Source: Dehalococcoidia bacterium
GTDB lineage: Bacteria; Chloroflexota; Dehalococcoidia; UBA2979
Direction of reading: 5' to 3'
Assembly: GCA_965219085.1 (NCBI GenBank)
Contig: OZ244720.1
Location: 2,400,001-2,464,000, forward strand
Length of the DNA: 64,000 nucleotides
The position numbers and the translations under genes are program-made. Positions 9,722-19,202 of this stretch are shown in pieces; position 1 is the stretch's first letter, and every line of letters starts with the position of its first letter. A model generated the notes under the pieces. The model was given only the letters and a program-made list of their open reading frames with translations. It did no database searches and had not been told where the DNA came from.

Positions 9722-9893
9722 TGGTCATCCCTTCTAGCCACGCCGGGCTACCCCGGACAGGAAAAGATTACGCGCATATGCGCATTGATGGCTAGTCCCC
9801 CCAACGAAAAAAGTAGTGGCGCCCCACCGGCGATCCCCGGGGACGTCGCTGGCCGGCTCGCGGACCGGCCCGGCTCGGCGGCCGGGTACAGCA

Positions 9894-9921
9894 AACGGCC
9901 CCGGCATGGGCCGGGGCCGTT
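9894..9921 (-). terminator. Hairpin downstream of acyl-CoA dehydrogenase
   Basis: AACGGCCCCGGC-ATGG-GCCGGGGCCGTT perfect 12-bp stem. Confidence 0.6.
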
Positions 9922-9952
9922 GTGCGTGCTGCGAGCGCCGTGCGGCGTCGGG

Positions 9953-11179
9953 CTAGCTGCGAGGCAGCCCGAGGCCGCGCGTGGCGATGATGTTGCGCTG
10001 GATCTCGCTGCTGCCGCCGGCGATCGTCATCGGGATCGCGTCGACGTAGCCGTGCGTGAAGCGCGCCCGCATCGGCGCCAGCTCGGCCTCCGGGTCCCAG
10101 AGGTTGGCGTAGAGCCCGAAGACGCGGGTGCCGGTACGCTGCAGCTTCTGCATCGTCTCGGTGCCGAACATCTTCACCATCGAGGACTCGTAGTTCGGGA
10201 TCAGGCCCGCGCCCTGCATCGAGGCGACGCGCAGCGAGAGGTTCGCCGCGACCTCGGTGGCGACCCACGCGTCAGCCAGGTCGCCGCGCACGGTCGGGAT
10301 CTCGAGCCGGTGGCGGCCCGCGCCCTCGTCGGTCTTGACGTACGCCATCAGCCGCTCCATCGACTCGCGGTCGTTGACCGCGCTGTCGACCGAGGAGCGC
10401 TCGTAGTCGAGCAGGGTCATGCCGACGTACCAGCCGCGGTTTTCCTCGCCCACGACGTTCTGGGCGGGGACGCGCACGTCCTCGAAGAAGGTCTCGTTGA
10501 AGATGTGCTTCCACGACATGCTGATCAGCGGCCGCACCGTCAGGCCCGGCGAGTGGATGTCGTCGAACAGCAGGAACGAGATGCCGCGGTGCTTCGGTGC
10601 GTCCGGGTCGGTGCGCACGAGCGCGAACAGCTTGTCCGCGAACTGCGCGCCGGAGGTCCAGATCTTCTGGCCGTTGACGACGAACTCGTCGCCGTCGCGC
10701 ATGGCGCGGGTCTGCAGGCCGGCGAGGTCGGAGCCGGCGCCCGGCTCGGAGTAGCCCTGCGCCCACGACACCTCACCGGAGAGGATGCCCGGCAGGTACG
10801 ACGCCTTCTGCTCATCGGTGCCATGCACGATCAGCGTCGGGCCGAGCAGCGAGACGCCACCGCCACCGACGGACGGGGCCGCGGCCTTCGCCAGCTCCTC
10901 CTTGAAGATGTACTGCTCCCACGTGCTCAGGCCCGCGCCGCCGTACTCCTTGGGCCAGTGCGGAGCGACCCAGCCGCGGTCGGCGAGGGCGCGCGACCAG
11001 TCCTGGGCGGCGTTGCGGCGCGTGGGGTCGTCCGACTTGCGGTCGGCCGACCAGCCCTCCTCGAACATCGCGCCGCCCTTGGCGGCGACTTCCTGGTAGT
11101 GGGGCGGGAGGCCGTCACGGATGACTGCCTGCACCTCGGCGCGGAAGGCGGCTTGCTCTGTGCTGTCTGCCCAGTCCAT
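9953..11179 (-). CDS. Acyl-CoA dehydrogenase
   Basis: GYSEPGAGSDL, NGQKIWTS, IAGGSSEIQRNII. Confidence 0.93.
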   Translation of the reverse strand: MDWADSTEQAAFRAEVQAVIRDGLPPHYQEVAAKGGAMFEEGWSADRKSDDPTRRNAAQDWSRALADRGWVAPHWPKEYGGAGLSTWEQYIFKEELAKAAAPSVGGGGVSLLGPTLIVHGTDEQKASYLPGILSGEVSWAQGYSEPGAGSDLAGLQTRAMRDGDEFVVNGQKIWTSGAQFADKLFALVRTDPDAPKHRGISFLLFDDIHSPGLTVRPLISMSWKHIFNETFFEDVRVPAQNVVGEENRGWYVGMTLLDYERSSVDSAVNDRESMERLMAYVKTDEGAGRHRLEIPTVRGDLADAWVATEVAANLSLRVASMQGAGLIPNYESSMVKMFGTETMQKLQRTGTRVFGLYANLWDPEAELAPMRARFTHGYVDAIPMTIAGGSSEIQRNIIATRGLGLPRS

Positions 11180-11246
11180 CGTTCTTCCTCGGTTTCTCAT
11201 CAGCGTCCCGGCGATCCGGCCGGGACGCGCCCTATTCTACGTGTTA

Positions 11247-11402
11247 CGTCGCGCCTCGTGGGCGCGGCCTAGTCGGTGCCGCCCGCGGCGCGCAACTCCG
11301 CGATCTCCTCGTCGTTGTATGCGGTCCGCCGTCGCGCCTCGTGGGCGCGGCCTAGTCGGTGCCGCCCGCGGCGCGCAACTCCGCGATCTCCTCGTCGTTG
11401 TA
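11247..11402. repeat. 73-bp perfect direct repeat (11247-11319 and 11330-11402) duplicating the CoA-transferase 3' end
   Basis: CGTCGCGCCTC...CTCGTCGTTGTA occurs twice with a 10-bp spacer TGCGGTCCGC. Confidence 0.95.
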
Positions 11403-12628
11403 GCCGTGCTCGCGCAGGATCTCGTCCGTGTGCCGAGGGTCGGCGAGGGCATGTTGGAGCCCGTCGGCGTCTTCGACATCTGGACGATCGGCCCGACCAT
11501 GCGCTCCGGCCCCGTCAGCTCGTGGTCCAGGTCCACCATGTAGCCCATGGCCTCGACCTGCGGGTCGTCCGCCATCTCCTCGGGGTGGTTGACCTTCGAG
11601 GCCGGCGCGCCGACGGTGTCGAACGCCGCGATCCACTCGTCCATCGTCTTCGTGAGCATGACGTTGCGGACGCGCTCCAGCATCTCCTCGGCGACGGCGT
11701 TGTTCGCGGGGTCGAGCGCGTTGAACTCGGGGTCGGCGGTCGGGTCGTCCTCGACGCCGAGCGCGCGCCGGAACTGGTCGCGGTTGGCCGGCGTCAGCGC
11801 GCCGAGGATGACGGCGCCGTCCTTGACGCTGTAGCCGCCGTAGTAGAGCCGGAAGGCCTTGCCCAGCATGTCGAATATGCTGCCCTTGGCGGCGAGCTGC
11901 TCCTGGTAGCTGGCGCCGGCCTCACGCGCGTCGCTCAGGCGCGCCATGGCGGGGTCGGTCACCATCGCGTCGAACACCGGCAGCTGGCTCACGGAGCCGC
12001 TGGCGAGGTTGAGCCCCGCCGCGAGCAACGAGCTCGCGATGTGCTGCCCCTCGCCGGTGCGCTCCCGGTGGAAGAGCGCCGCCACCACGCCGAGCGCCGC
12101 TCCCAGCCCGGCGTGGTAGTCGCCCGGCGCCGTCGCGGTGATCATCTCCGGCGCGCCGTACTCGTCGACCTTGCCGTCGGCCGCCATCAACCCGCTGTAC
12201 GCCTGCGCGATGATGTCCGAACCGGAGCGCGCCGCGCCCGGCCCCCGGTCGCCGTAGCCGCTGTTCTCGATGTAGACGAGGTCCGGACGGTATTGCGTGA
12301 GCGTGTCGTAGTCGACGTTTAGCCGCTGCGGCACGCCCGGCCGCGAGTTGATCAGGAACACGTCGAAGTCCGCGATGAGGCGGTGGACGGCGGCCTGGCC
12401 GGCCGCGTTGCCGAGGTCCAGCACCAGGCTGCGCTTGCCGCGGTTGAGCGTGTGGTAGGCCTTGCTCTCGCCTGGCACGAACTCGCCCAGCACCCGTAGG
12501 CCCTCGCCCCCCGGCGGCTCGCACTTCACCACGTCGGCGCCGAGGTCCGCGAGCGTCTGGCCGGCGTACGGCCCGGCCACGATCTGCGATACCTCGAACA
12601 CCTTGACCCCCGCGAGCGGTCCCGGCAT
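11352..12628 (-). CDS. Family III (CaiB/BaiF) CoA-transferase with an apparent frameshift about 20 codons before the stop
   Basis: AGPYAGQTLADLGADVVK, LNRGKRSL, catalytic-Asp motif GDYHAG; the expected tail PTLG-x-HTDEIL is split across two frames near 11432. Confidence 0.85.
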
Positions 12629-12823
12629 GCCACACCTCGATTCTTCGGGCGTTCGTTGTCCCGAAGGATGTATAGCCCGGATTGATCCGCGCGTGAAGGG
12701 CTGCGGGTCGTTCCCGGGGCCGGGTGACCCTGGTTTCTCTCGACGGGATGCGCCGATGCGCTATGTCGTTCGCTATATTGCAGGTGGCAGGACGGATACG
12801 CCTGCCGCACAGAGGGGGAAGCG

Positions 12824-14077
12824 ATGACGAAGGCGGTAAACAACCTCCGGGGCAAGTACGCGGTCGTCGGCGTCGGCGAGACCGAGTTCTCGCGCAACTC
12901 GGGACGCACGACGCGGCGCATGGGCGTCGAGGCGATCCGCAACGCGGTCCACGACTCGGGGCTGGACTGGGACTCCACCAGCTGGGGGATGATGGCGTAC
13001 GGCAGTAACGACCGCGCCTTCTCGGACCAGATCGCGCAGGACCTCGGCATCCAGCTCGACTACCACGTCGACATCTTCGGCGGCGGCAACTCCACCGAGA
13101 CGATGATCGGTGCGGCGATTGGCGCGCTCGAGGGGGGCCTCGCTGACGCGTTCATCCTCTACCGCACCATGAATGGCTACACCGAGGCGCGCATCGGCGG
13201 CACGCCCGTCGGCGAGGCGCCTCCGCCGATGTTCCCGACGGTGCACGCCAACAGCATGATCCACCAGGGCATCTACGGCGTGGGCAGTGCGCTGCAGATG
13301 TTCGGGCTCTCGTTCGTGCGCCACATGTGGGAGTACGGCACGACGCTCGAGCAGCTCGCGCACGTCAAGGTGGCGCACAGCATCGGCGCGTCGAACAACC
13401 CGAAGGCCTACTACAAGACCCGCTACACGGTGGACGACGTGCTCAACAGCCGCCTCATCGTGTGGCCGTTCGGGCTGCTGCACTGCTGCGTCGAGACCGA
13501 CAACGCCACGGCGATCGTCATCACCGACATCGAGCGGGCGCGATCGCTGCAACATGCGCCGGCGACGATCCTCGGCACGGCCGGACGCACTCACAAGTAC
13601 GGGCCGGAGTACCACTGGGGCTACGGGCCGATCAACCGCCACGCGGGCATCTTCGGCCGCGAGATCCTGTGGCCGAACTCCGGGGTGCAGCCGCAAGAGG
13701 TCGACATCACCGGGTCGTACGACGCGTTCACGTTCACCGCGCTCTTCCAGCTGGAGGCCTACGGCTTCTGCGACTTCGGGGAGGGTGGCGACTACGTCTC
13801 GAACGGCACGATCGAGCTCGGCGGCGCAAGACCCAACAACCCGTCGGGCGGCCACCTCTGCGAGGGCTATACGCACGGCATGAACATGGTCGTCGAGAAC
13901 GTGCGCCAGCTGCGCGGCACCGTCGACGACTACTGCCCGAACTGGGCGGACGGCGAGCACTCTCACGACTACAGCGAGGGGCATTGCCGCCAGGTCGAGA
14001 ACGCGCAGATCACGGCCAACCTCGGCTGGGGCATGCCGTCGCAGGGCTCCGCGCTCGTGATGACCAACCAGGTCTAG
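12824..14077 (+). CDS. SCP2-type thiolase-fold protein (Ltp2-like aldolase / lipid-transfer protein)
   Basis: AVVGVGETEF, CCVETDNA, YDAFT, GGHLCEGYTHG; no canonical thiolase nucleophile Cys evident. Confidence 0.85.
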   Translation: MTKAVNNLRGKYAVVGVGETEFSRNSGRTTRRMGVEAIRNAVHDSGLDWDSTSWGMMAYGSNDRAFSDQIAQDLGIQLDYHVDIFGGGNSTETMIGAAIGALEGGLADAFILYRTMNGYTEARIGGTPVGEAPPPMFPTVHANSMIHQGIYGVGSALQMFGLSFVRHMWEYGTTLEQLAHVKVAHSIGASNNPKAYYKTRYTVDDVLNSRLIVWPFGLLHCCVETDNATAIVITDIERARSLQHAPATILGTAGRTHKYGPEYHWGYGPINRHAGIFGREILWPNSGVQPQEVDITGSYDAFTFTALFQLEAYGFCDFGEGGDYVSNGTIELGGARPNNPSGGHLCEGYTHGMNMVVENVRQLRGTVDDYCPNWADGEHSHDYSEGHCRQVENAQITANLGWGMPSQGSALVMTNQV

Positions 14078-14123
14078 CGAGCCTCGAAGCGAACACCGCG
14101 CGAAGGAGAGACGGAGACCAACG

Positions 14124-14633
14124 ATGGCTTCATACCTGGGCGCCGGCGTATTCGTGCCGGAGAACGACCAGCCACACCGCGAGTACCTGGAGATGCAGGC
14201 GACGGGCCAGCTCCACGTGCAGAAGTGCTCGGATTGCGGGCACCTGCGCTACCCGGTGATGACCGCCTGCCCCGACTGCCGCTCGCTCGACTCGGAGTGG
14301 GAGGCGCTGTCGGGCAAGGGCGCGATCTACTCGTACTACATGGTGCCGCACCCGATTAACCCGGCATTCCGCGAGTTCGTGCCGTATATCGTCGCGCTCA
14401 TCGAGCTCGACGAGGCGCGCGAGGAGTACGGCGCGGGGCGAGCGCTGCGGCTGATCGGCAACGTGGTCACGGCGGACGGTAGCTCCGAGGACCTCAACAA
14501 CATCGCGATCGGCAAGCGCGTGCAGGTCACGATGGTGGACCTCGGCGACGGCTGGGCGCTGCCGCAGTGGCAGCTCTCGGACGAGCCGCCGGAGCACGAG
14601 CCCTGGCAAGCGCCGGGGCCGGCGTTCCCGTAG
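14124..14633 (+). CDS. DUF35 Zn-ribbon/OB-fold protein, partner of the thiolase-fold protein
   Basis: CSDC...CPDC, SGKGAIYSY, PYIVALIELDE. Confidence 0.9.
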   Translation: MASYLGAGVFVPENDQPHREYLEMQATGQLHVQKCSDCGHLRYPVMTACPDCRSLDSEWEALSGKGAIYSYYMVPHPINPAFREFVPYIVALIELDEAREEYGAGRALRLIGNVVTADGSSEDLNNIAIGKRVQVTMVDLGDGWALPQWQLSDEPPEHEPWQAPGPAFP

Positions 14634-14645
14634 GCCGGGGCATCG

Positions 14646-14694
14646 GCAACACAGCAACGGCCCACCGTCACGGTGGGCCGTTTGCCTGTGTTGC
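14646..14694. terminator. Long hairpin between convergent genes, probable bidirectional terminator
   Basis: GCAACACAGCAACGGCCCACCG-TCA-CGGTGGGCCGTTTGCCTGTGTTGC. Confidence 0.6.
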
Positions 14695-14703
14695 GCCGGG
14701 GGC

Positions 14704-15867
14704 CTACTTGTCGGCCGACGGGAGCGTTGCAATCTGTCGCACAATACCTTCAACGCGACCGGTGAGGGCCTCGATATTCTGCGCGACGTCATCGGGCGCC
14801 ACCCACCGTGCGATAACGCCCTTGCTGGGCGCGTCGTGCGACCACGAGTCACCCTCGAACAACCCCGCGTACCGAAGCAGAGCATCCCGGAGTGCCCGCG
14901 GGGGCGGCGGGTCGTCGTAGCCTTCAAAGATGTTGCCGCCGAAGGAGAAGTCGCGTCTGCCCCCAAAGCCGGTTGCGCCTGGAGCGTATATCCATGCGAC
15001 GGTCACACGGTATTTCCAGGCCGGGCAGGGTACCCGGACGCTCACACGATTCGGACCCCAGTTGAACACTGCTCCGGCCGCAGTGGCGCGGTCGAGGAGT
15101 TGTCGCGTCGCTTCGCGGATCCGACCCTCCGGGAACTCAGCAAGCAGCGTCTCTCTCGTGTGCCGCGAGCGGGCGGCCGCCGAGCGCGACCGATCTGAAC
15201 GTCCGGCGACGCGCGGGACGAGAGTCCTGACCCCTTCCCCACGAAACTGTTTGAGCTCCACAGCGAGCACCTCGACGCGGGGGCCCATGTGGCGATTCAG
15301 GAACTCGACGACATGCTCCAGGTCCGGCGGGATGCGGTCGGCCACGAAGAGCAACCGGATGCGCTCGTCTGCGAGGTTCCGGTCGACACGCTCCCAGAAC
15401 TCCTCGTAGGCACCATCGCCCGACTCGCCGCTGCTTTGAAGCCGCGCAATGCGGTCGCGGGCGGCGTCCTCGCCGCCTGACTCGGCTTCGAGGCGCTCGC
15501 GGATGGTGTCGGCGGTCCAGTACAGCGTCGCGTGCGCGGCGTAGTCGAGCATCTGGCCCACGACGCGGCGCCTGATCTCCGAGTTGTCGCCGCGTTTCAC
15601 CTCGACCAGCGTCGGGCGCGCGTCCTGATCCAGCAGCAGGTGGTCGACAGCCCAGCGGTCGCCGGAATCCGGGCTGTCGGGGATGCCCATCTCGCGGCTG
15701 ATCAGCAACCACCGTCGAGGCTCCTCGGGCGTCATGCGCTCGCCGGCGAGCACCTCGGGGTGCTCCGCGATCAGCTCCTGGAGCGCTGCCTCGTCGTCGT
15801 AATCGGCTTCGGTCAGGGGTGTCGGGTCGCCCCCTGCGTCGAGCCGCCAGATGCGCTCCTTCGTCAT
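14704..15867 (-). CDS. PD-(D/E)XK nuclease-like protein (NucS/EndoMS-related N-terminal domain)
   Basis: E..LQELI, VDHLLLD...LVEVKR, VVGQMLDYAA; C-terminal half has atypical codon usage. Confidence 0.7.
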   Translation of the reverse strand: MTKERIWRLDAGGDPTPLTEADYDDEAALQELIAEHPEVLAGERMTPEEPRRWLLISREMGIPDSPDSGDRWAVDHLLLDQDARPTLVEVKRGDNSEIRRRVVGQMLDYAAHATLYWTADTIRERLEAESGGEDAARDRIARLQSSGESGDGAYEEFWERVDRNLADERIRLLFVADRIPPDLEHVVEFLNRHMGPRVEVLAVELKQFRGEGVRTLVPRVAGRSDRSRSAAARSRHTRETLLAEFPEGRIREATRQLLDRATAAGAVFNWGPNRVSVRVPCPAWKYRVTVAWIYAPGATGFGGRRDFSFGGNIFEGYDDPPPPRALRDALLRYAGLFEGDSWSHDAPSKGVIARWVAPDDVAQNIEALTGRVEGIVRQIATLPSADK

Positions 15868-15886
15868 GACGCCCCGCCGCTGACGG

Positions 15887-17032
15887 CTACAGCCGCCCGG
15901 CGTCGAACTCGAGGATGCCGCGCGCGACGTTGATGCGGAGCAGGTCCGAGGCGCCCTCGCCCAGTCGCATCGCGCGCACGCGCCGGTAGAGCTGCTCCAG
16001 CGGGTGCCCCACGATCAGCGCCTGCCCGCCGGCGAGTTGGACCGCCGTGTCCACGTGGCGGCCGACGGCCTCCGCGGCGAACATCTTCGTGGCCGCGATC
16101 TCGTTGATCGCGTCGTCGCCAGACTCGCGCAGCCGCGCGCTGCGGTACAGCATGCTGCGCGCCGCGTACGTCTCGATGCGCATGTCGGCGTAGCGCAGCC
16201 GCACGCCCTCGCGCTCGCCGAGCGGCGTGCCGCTGCGGTGGGGCGCCTTGAGGTGGTTCGTCGTGAACTCCGTGGTCCACATCGACAGGCCCGTGCACTC
16301 GGCGGCCACGCCGAGGCGCATGTCGTTGATGTTCCCGAGCGCGCGAGGCATCCCCTCGCCGATCGCGCCGATCACGTTCGCCACGGGCACGCGTGCCTGG
16401 TCGAACGACAGCGAGACGTGCCCGCCTCCGTCCATCGAGACGAAGGAGTGGTCGATCGAGACACCCGGCGTGCCGGCCTCAATGACGAGCATCGCGGTGC
16501 CGCCGGGGCCCGCGTCGCCGTCCTCGACGTTGATGAGCGCCGAGTAGAAGTTGGCCGTCGCGCCGCCGCTGACGTAGGCCTTGCGGCCGGTGACGAGCAG
16601 GTCGTCGCCGTCGCGGATGGCCCACGTCGGCTTGAGCGCGTCGCCGGGCTCCGTGAAGGCGAACGAGCCCTGCGCGGCGCCGCGGAGCAGCGGCTCGAGG
16701 AAGCGCGCGCGCGCCTCACCCTCGGCGGTGCGCAGCACGCCCGGGCCCGGCCCGAAGATGGCGCGTCCGAGGCGCAGGTTGCCGGACGCGACGGTCTCGC
16801 GCGCGACGGTCAATTCGAGCGGCCCGGCGTTCGTGCCGCCGAACTCGGCGGGCTGGGTCATGCCGAACAGGCCCGCGGCCTGCGACCGCTCGCGCGCCTG
16901 CGCGGCGATCTCCGGAGGGATGGGCGCTTCGAGGTCGCCGGGCAGGTCGGCTTCGAGCGCGCTCAGGTCGTCGACGACCGCCTGCGTGCGGTCGCGGAGC
17001 TCGATCAGTTCGGGGGTCAGGGATTCGGGCAT
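15887..17032 (-). CDS. Acyl-CoA dehydrogenase
   Basis: FAFTEPG, TGRKAYVS, VQLAGG, YRRVRAMRLGEGAS. Confidence 0.9.
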   Translation of the reverse strand: MPESLTPELIELRDRTQAVVDDLSALEADLPGDLEAPIPPEIAAQARERSQAAGLFGMTQPAEFGGTNAGPLELTVARETVASGNLRLGRAIFGPGPGVLRTAEGEARARFLEPLLRGAAQGSFAFTEPGDALKPTWAIRDGDDLLVTGRKAYVSGGATANFYSALINVEDGDAGPGGTAMLVIEAGTPGVSIDHSFVSMDGGGHVSLSFDQARVPVANVIGAIGEGMPRALGNINDMRLGVAAECTGLSMWTTEFTTNHLKAPHRSGTPLGEREGVRLRYADMRIETYAARSMLYRSARLRESGDDAINEIAATKMFAAEAVGRHVDTAVQLAGGQALIVGHPLEQLYRRVRAMRLGEGASDLLRINVARGILEFDAGRL

Positions 17033-17185
17033 TGCGGGCACCTCCGTGCGTACGGCGCGCAGGCTATCAGTCGCGGGCCGCCGGGGCAGCCCATCGCCAC
17101 GATTCGGGGCGGCCGAGGGTTTGCCTCGGCGCGCCGTGAGGCGCATCATCGGCCCACTACACCGCATCGAAGCGAGGAGCTCTCC

Positions 17186-18412
17186 ATGAACTGGAACGAC
17201 GACGCCGAACAGGCGGCCTTCCGCAACCGGGTTACCACCTTCATCGAGGAGCGGCTGCCGGATCTCTACCGACGCCGCATCGAGACCGGCGAGGACGCCG
17301 CCCTCGAGGGCTTCTTCGCGTGGTACGCCGACCGGCAGAACCCGGACGAGGACGTACAGGCCGCCGCGCAGGAGTGGGCGGGCGCGCTCGCCGAGAACGG
17401 CTGGGTCGCCCCGCACTGGCCCGAGGAGTATGGGGGCGCCGGGCTCACGGCGATGGAGCAGGTGATCTTCAACGAGGAGATGGCCCGCGCCCAGGCGCCT
17501 GCGGTCGGCGGCTCCGGTGTCATGCTGCTCGGGCCCACCGTGCTGGTACACGGCACCCAGGAGCAGAAACAGAAGTACGTCGGCGACATCCTCTCCGGCA
17601 AGGTCGCGTGGGCGCAGGGCTACTCCGAGCCGGGCGCAGGCTCCGACCTCGGCGGGCTACAGACCCGCGCCATGCGCGACGGCGACGAGTACGTCGTGAA
17701 CGGCCAGAAGATCTGGACCTCGGCGGCCCACATGGCGGATGCGATCTTCGCGCTCGTCCGCACCAACCCGGACGCGCCGAAGCACCGCGGCATCTCGTTC
17801 ATCATGATCGACAACATCCGCCAGCCCGGCATCAACGTCCGGCCACTGATCGACGCGGCCTGGGGCCACGTCATCAACGAGGTCTTCTTCGAGGATGTCC
17901 GGGTCCCGGTCGCTAACGTGCTGGGCGAGGAGAACCGCGGCTGGTACGTCGGCATGACGCTGCTCGACTTCGAGCGCTCCGGCATCGCCGGCCCCGTTGA
18001 CCAGCAGCTACAGCTGACCGAACTCCTCGACGCCGTCGTGAACGACGAGCGCTCGCTGCTGAGCCGCAGCGACTCGCTCCGCGACCGCATCGTGGACCGC
18101 TACATCTCGACCGAGATCTCGTACAACCTCTCGCTCCGTGTTGCCTCGATGCAGGCGGCGGGCCTCGTCCCGAACTACGAGGCCTCGATGGGCAAGATGT
18201 TCGCGAGCGAGCAGGGCCAGGAGCTGCACCGCGTGGGCGTGCGCGCCTTCGGCCTGCACTCGCAGATCTGGCCCGGCGACGGCCGCGAGGTCCTCAAGGG
18301 CGATCACATCCGCGGCTACATCCGCTCGATCCCGTCGACGATCGCCGGCGGTAGCTCCGAGGTGCAGCGCAACATCATCGCCACGCGCGGGCTGGGGCTG
18401 CCTCGCGGTTAG
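17186..18412 (+). CDS. Acyl-CoA dehydrogenase, close paralog of 9953-11179
   Basis: GYSEPGAGSDL, NGQKIWTS, IAGGSSEVQRNIIATRGLGLPR; GAGGAG RBS. Confidence 0.93.
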   Translation: MNWNDDAEQAAFRNRVTTFIEERLPDLYRRRIETGEDAALEGFFAWYADRQNPDEDVQAAAQEWAGALAENGWVAPHWPEEYGGAGLTAMEQVIFNEEMARAQAPAVGGSGVMLLGPTVLVHGTQEQKQKYVGDILSGKVAWAQGYSEPGAGSDLGGLQTRAMRDGDEYVVNGQKIWTSAAHMADAIFALVRTNPDAPKHRGISFIMIDNIRQPGINVRPLIDAAWGHVINEVFFEDVRVPVANVLGEENRGWYVGMTLLDFERSGIAGPVDQQLQLTELLDAVVNDERSLLSRSDSLRDRIVDRYISTEISYNLSLRVASMQAAGLVPNYEASMGKMFASEQGQELHRVGVRAFGLHSQIWPGDGREVLKGDHIRGYIRSIPSTIAGGSSEVQRNIIATRGLGLPRG

Positions 18413-18438
18413 TCCCGACCCGTCTGGCAACGCACACA

Positions 18439-18465
18439 CGCCGGCCCGCTCCAAGCGGGCCGGCG
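18439..18465 (+). terminator. Hairpin after acyl-CoA dehydrogenase
   Basis: CGCCGGCCCGCT-CCA-AGCGGGCCGGCG followed by CCTTT. Confidence 0.6.
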
Positions 18466-18485
18466 CCTTTCCCGGAGGCGTATGC

Positions 18486-18947
18486 ATGGCCCCCGCCGAT
18501 CACATGCGCGAGCTCGCGCTCTCGCGGCTGCGCGCCGCGACGTCGTACTGGCTCGCCACGACTCGCCCGGATGGCCGGCCGCACTCGATGCCCGTGTGGG
18601 GCGTGCTCGTGGGCGACGAGTTCTGGTTCGGCACCGCCGGGCAGAAGGTCCACAACCTCCGCCACCAGCCGTACGCGATCGTGCACCACGAGAGCGCCGA
18701 CGACGTCGCCATCATCGAGGGCGTCGTCGAGCGGCGGCCGCTCGCGGACGCCCCGGACGCGGTCGTGGCCGCCTTTCGCGACAAGTACATCAACCCGGAG
18801 ACCGGCGCGCCGTTCGACCTGTCGGACGGGGACCCGTCGGAGGGCGAGGCGTGGCTCTACGCCCTGCGCATCGAGGTGGGTCACGCCTGGCTCGAGGGCG
18901 CATTCATCGAGACGCAGACGCGCTGGGAGGCGGAGCCGCGGCGGTAG
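18486..18947 (+). CDS. Pyridoxamine 5'-phosphate oxidase-like (split-barrel flavin/F420) protein
   Basis: YWLATTRPDGRPHSMPVWGV, KVHNLRHQP. Confidence 0.85.
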   Translation: MAPADHMRELALSRLRAATSYWLATTRPDGRPHSMPVWGVLVGDEFWFGTAGQKVHNLRHQPYAIVHHESADDVAIIEGVVERRPLADAPDAVVAAFRDKYINPETGAPFDLSDGDPSEGEAWLYALRIEVGHAWLEGAFIETQTRWEAEPRR

Positions 18948-18989
18948 GCCGCCGCGCATGGCCGCGCACGAGACGCCGTGCTACGGTGA

Positions 18990-19105
18990 CGCTCGCGCAG
19001 CAGCTGGGGAAGCCGGTGTAAGTCCGGCGCTGTCCCGCAACTGTGAGCCTCGCGGCGCGGCACAAGCCGACGCCGGGGCAAGCCAGAACACCGGCCTGCG
19101 CGCTG
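18990..19105 (+). promoter_or_regulatory. Cobalamin riboswitch
   Basis: GGGAAGCCGGTGTAAGTCCGGCGCTGTCCCGCAACTGTGA...AGCCAGAACACCGGCC directly upstream of B12 uptake/salvage genes; boundaries approximate. Confidence 0.92.
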
Positions 19106-19202
19106 TCGCGAACCTGCGAGGACAGGCGACGGCATGCCGCGCTCGGCCTCCGCCGGACTGGCATCGCTTCCACCCTGCCCCTCGCACCGGAGGGGCGTTT
19201 CT

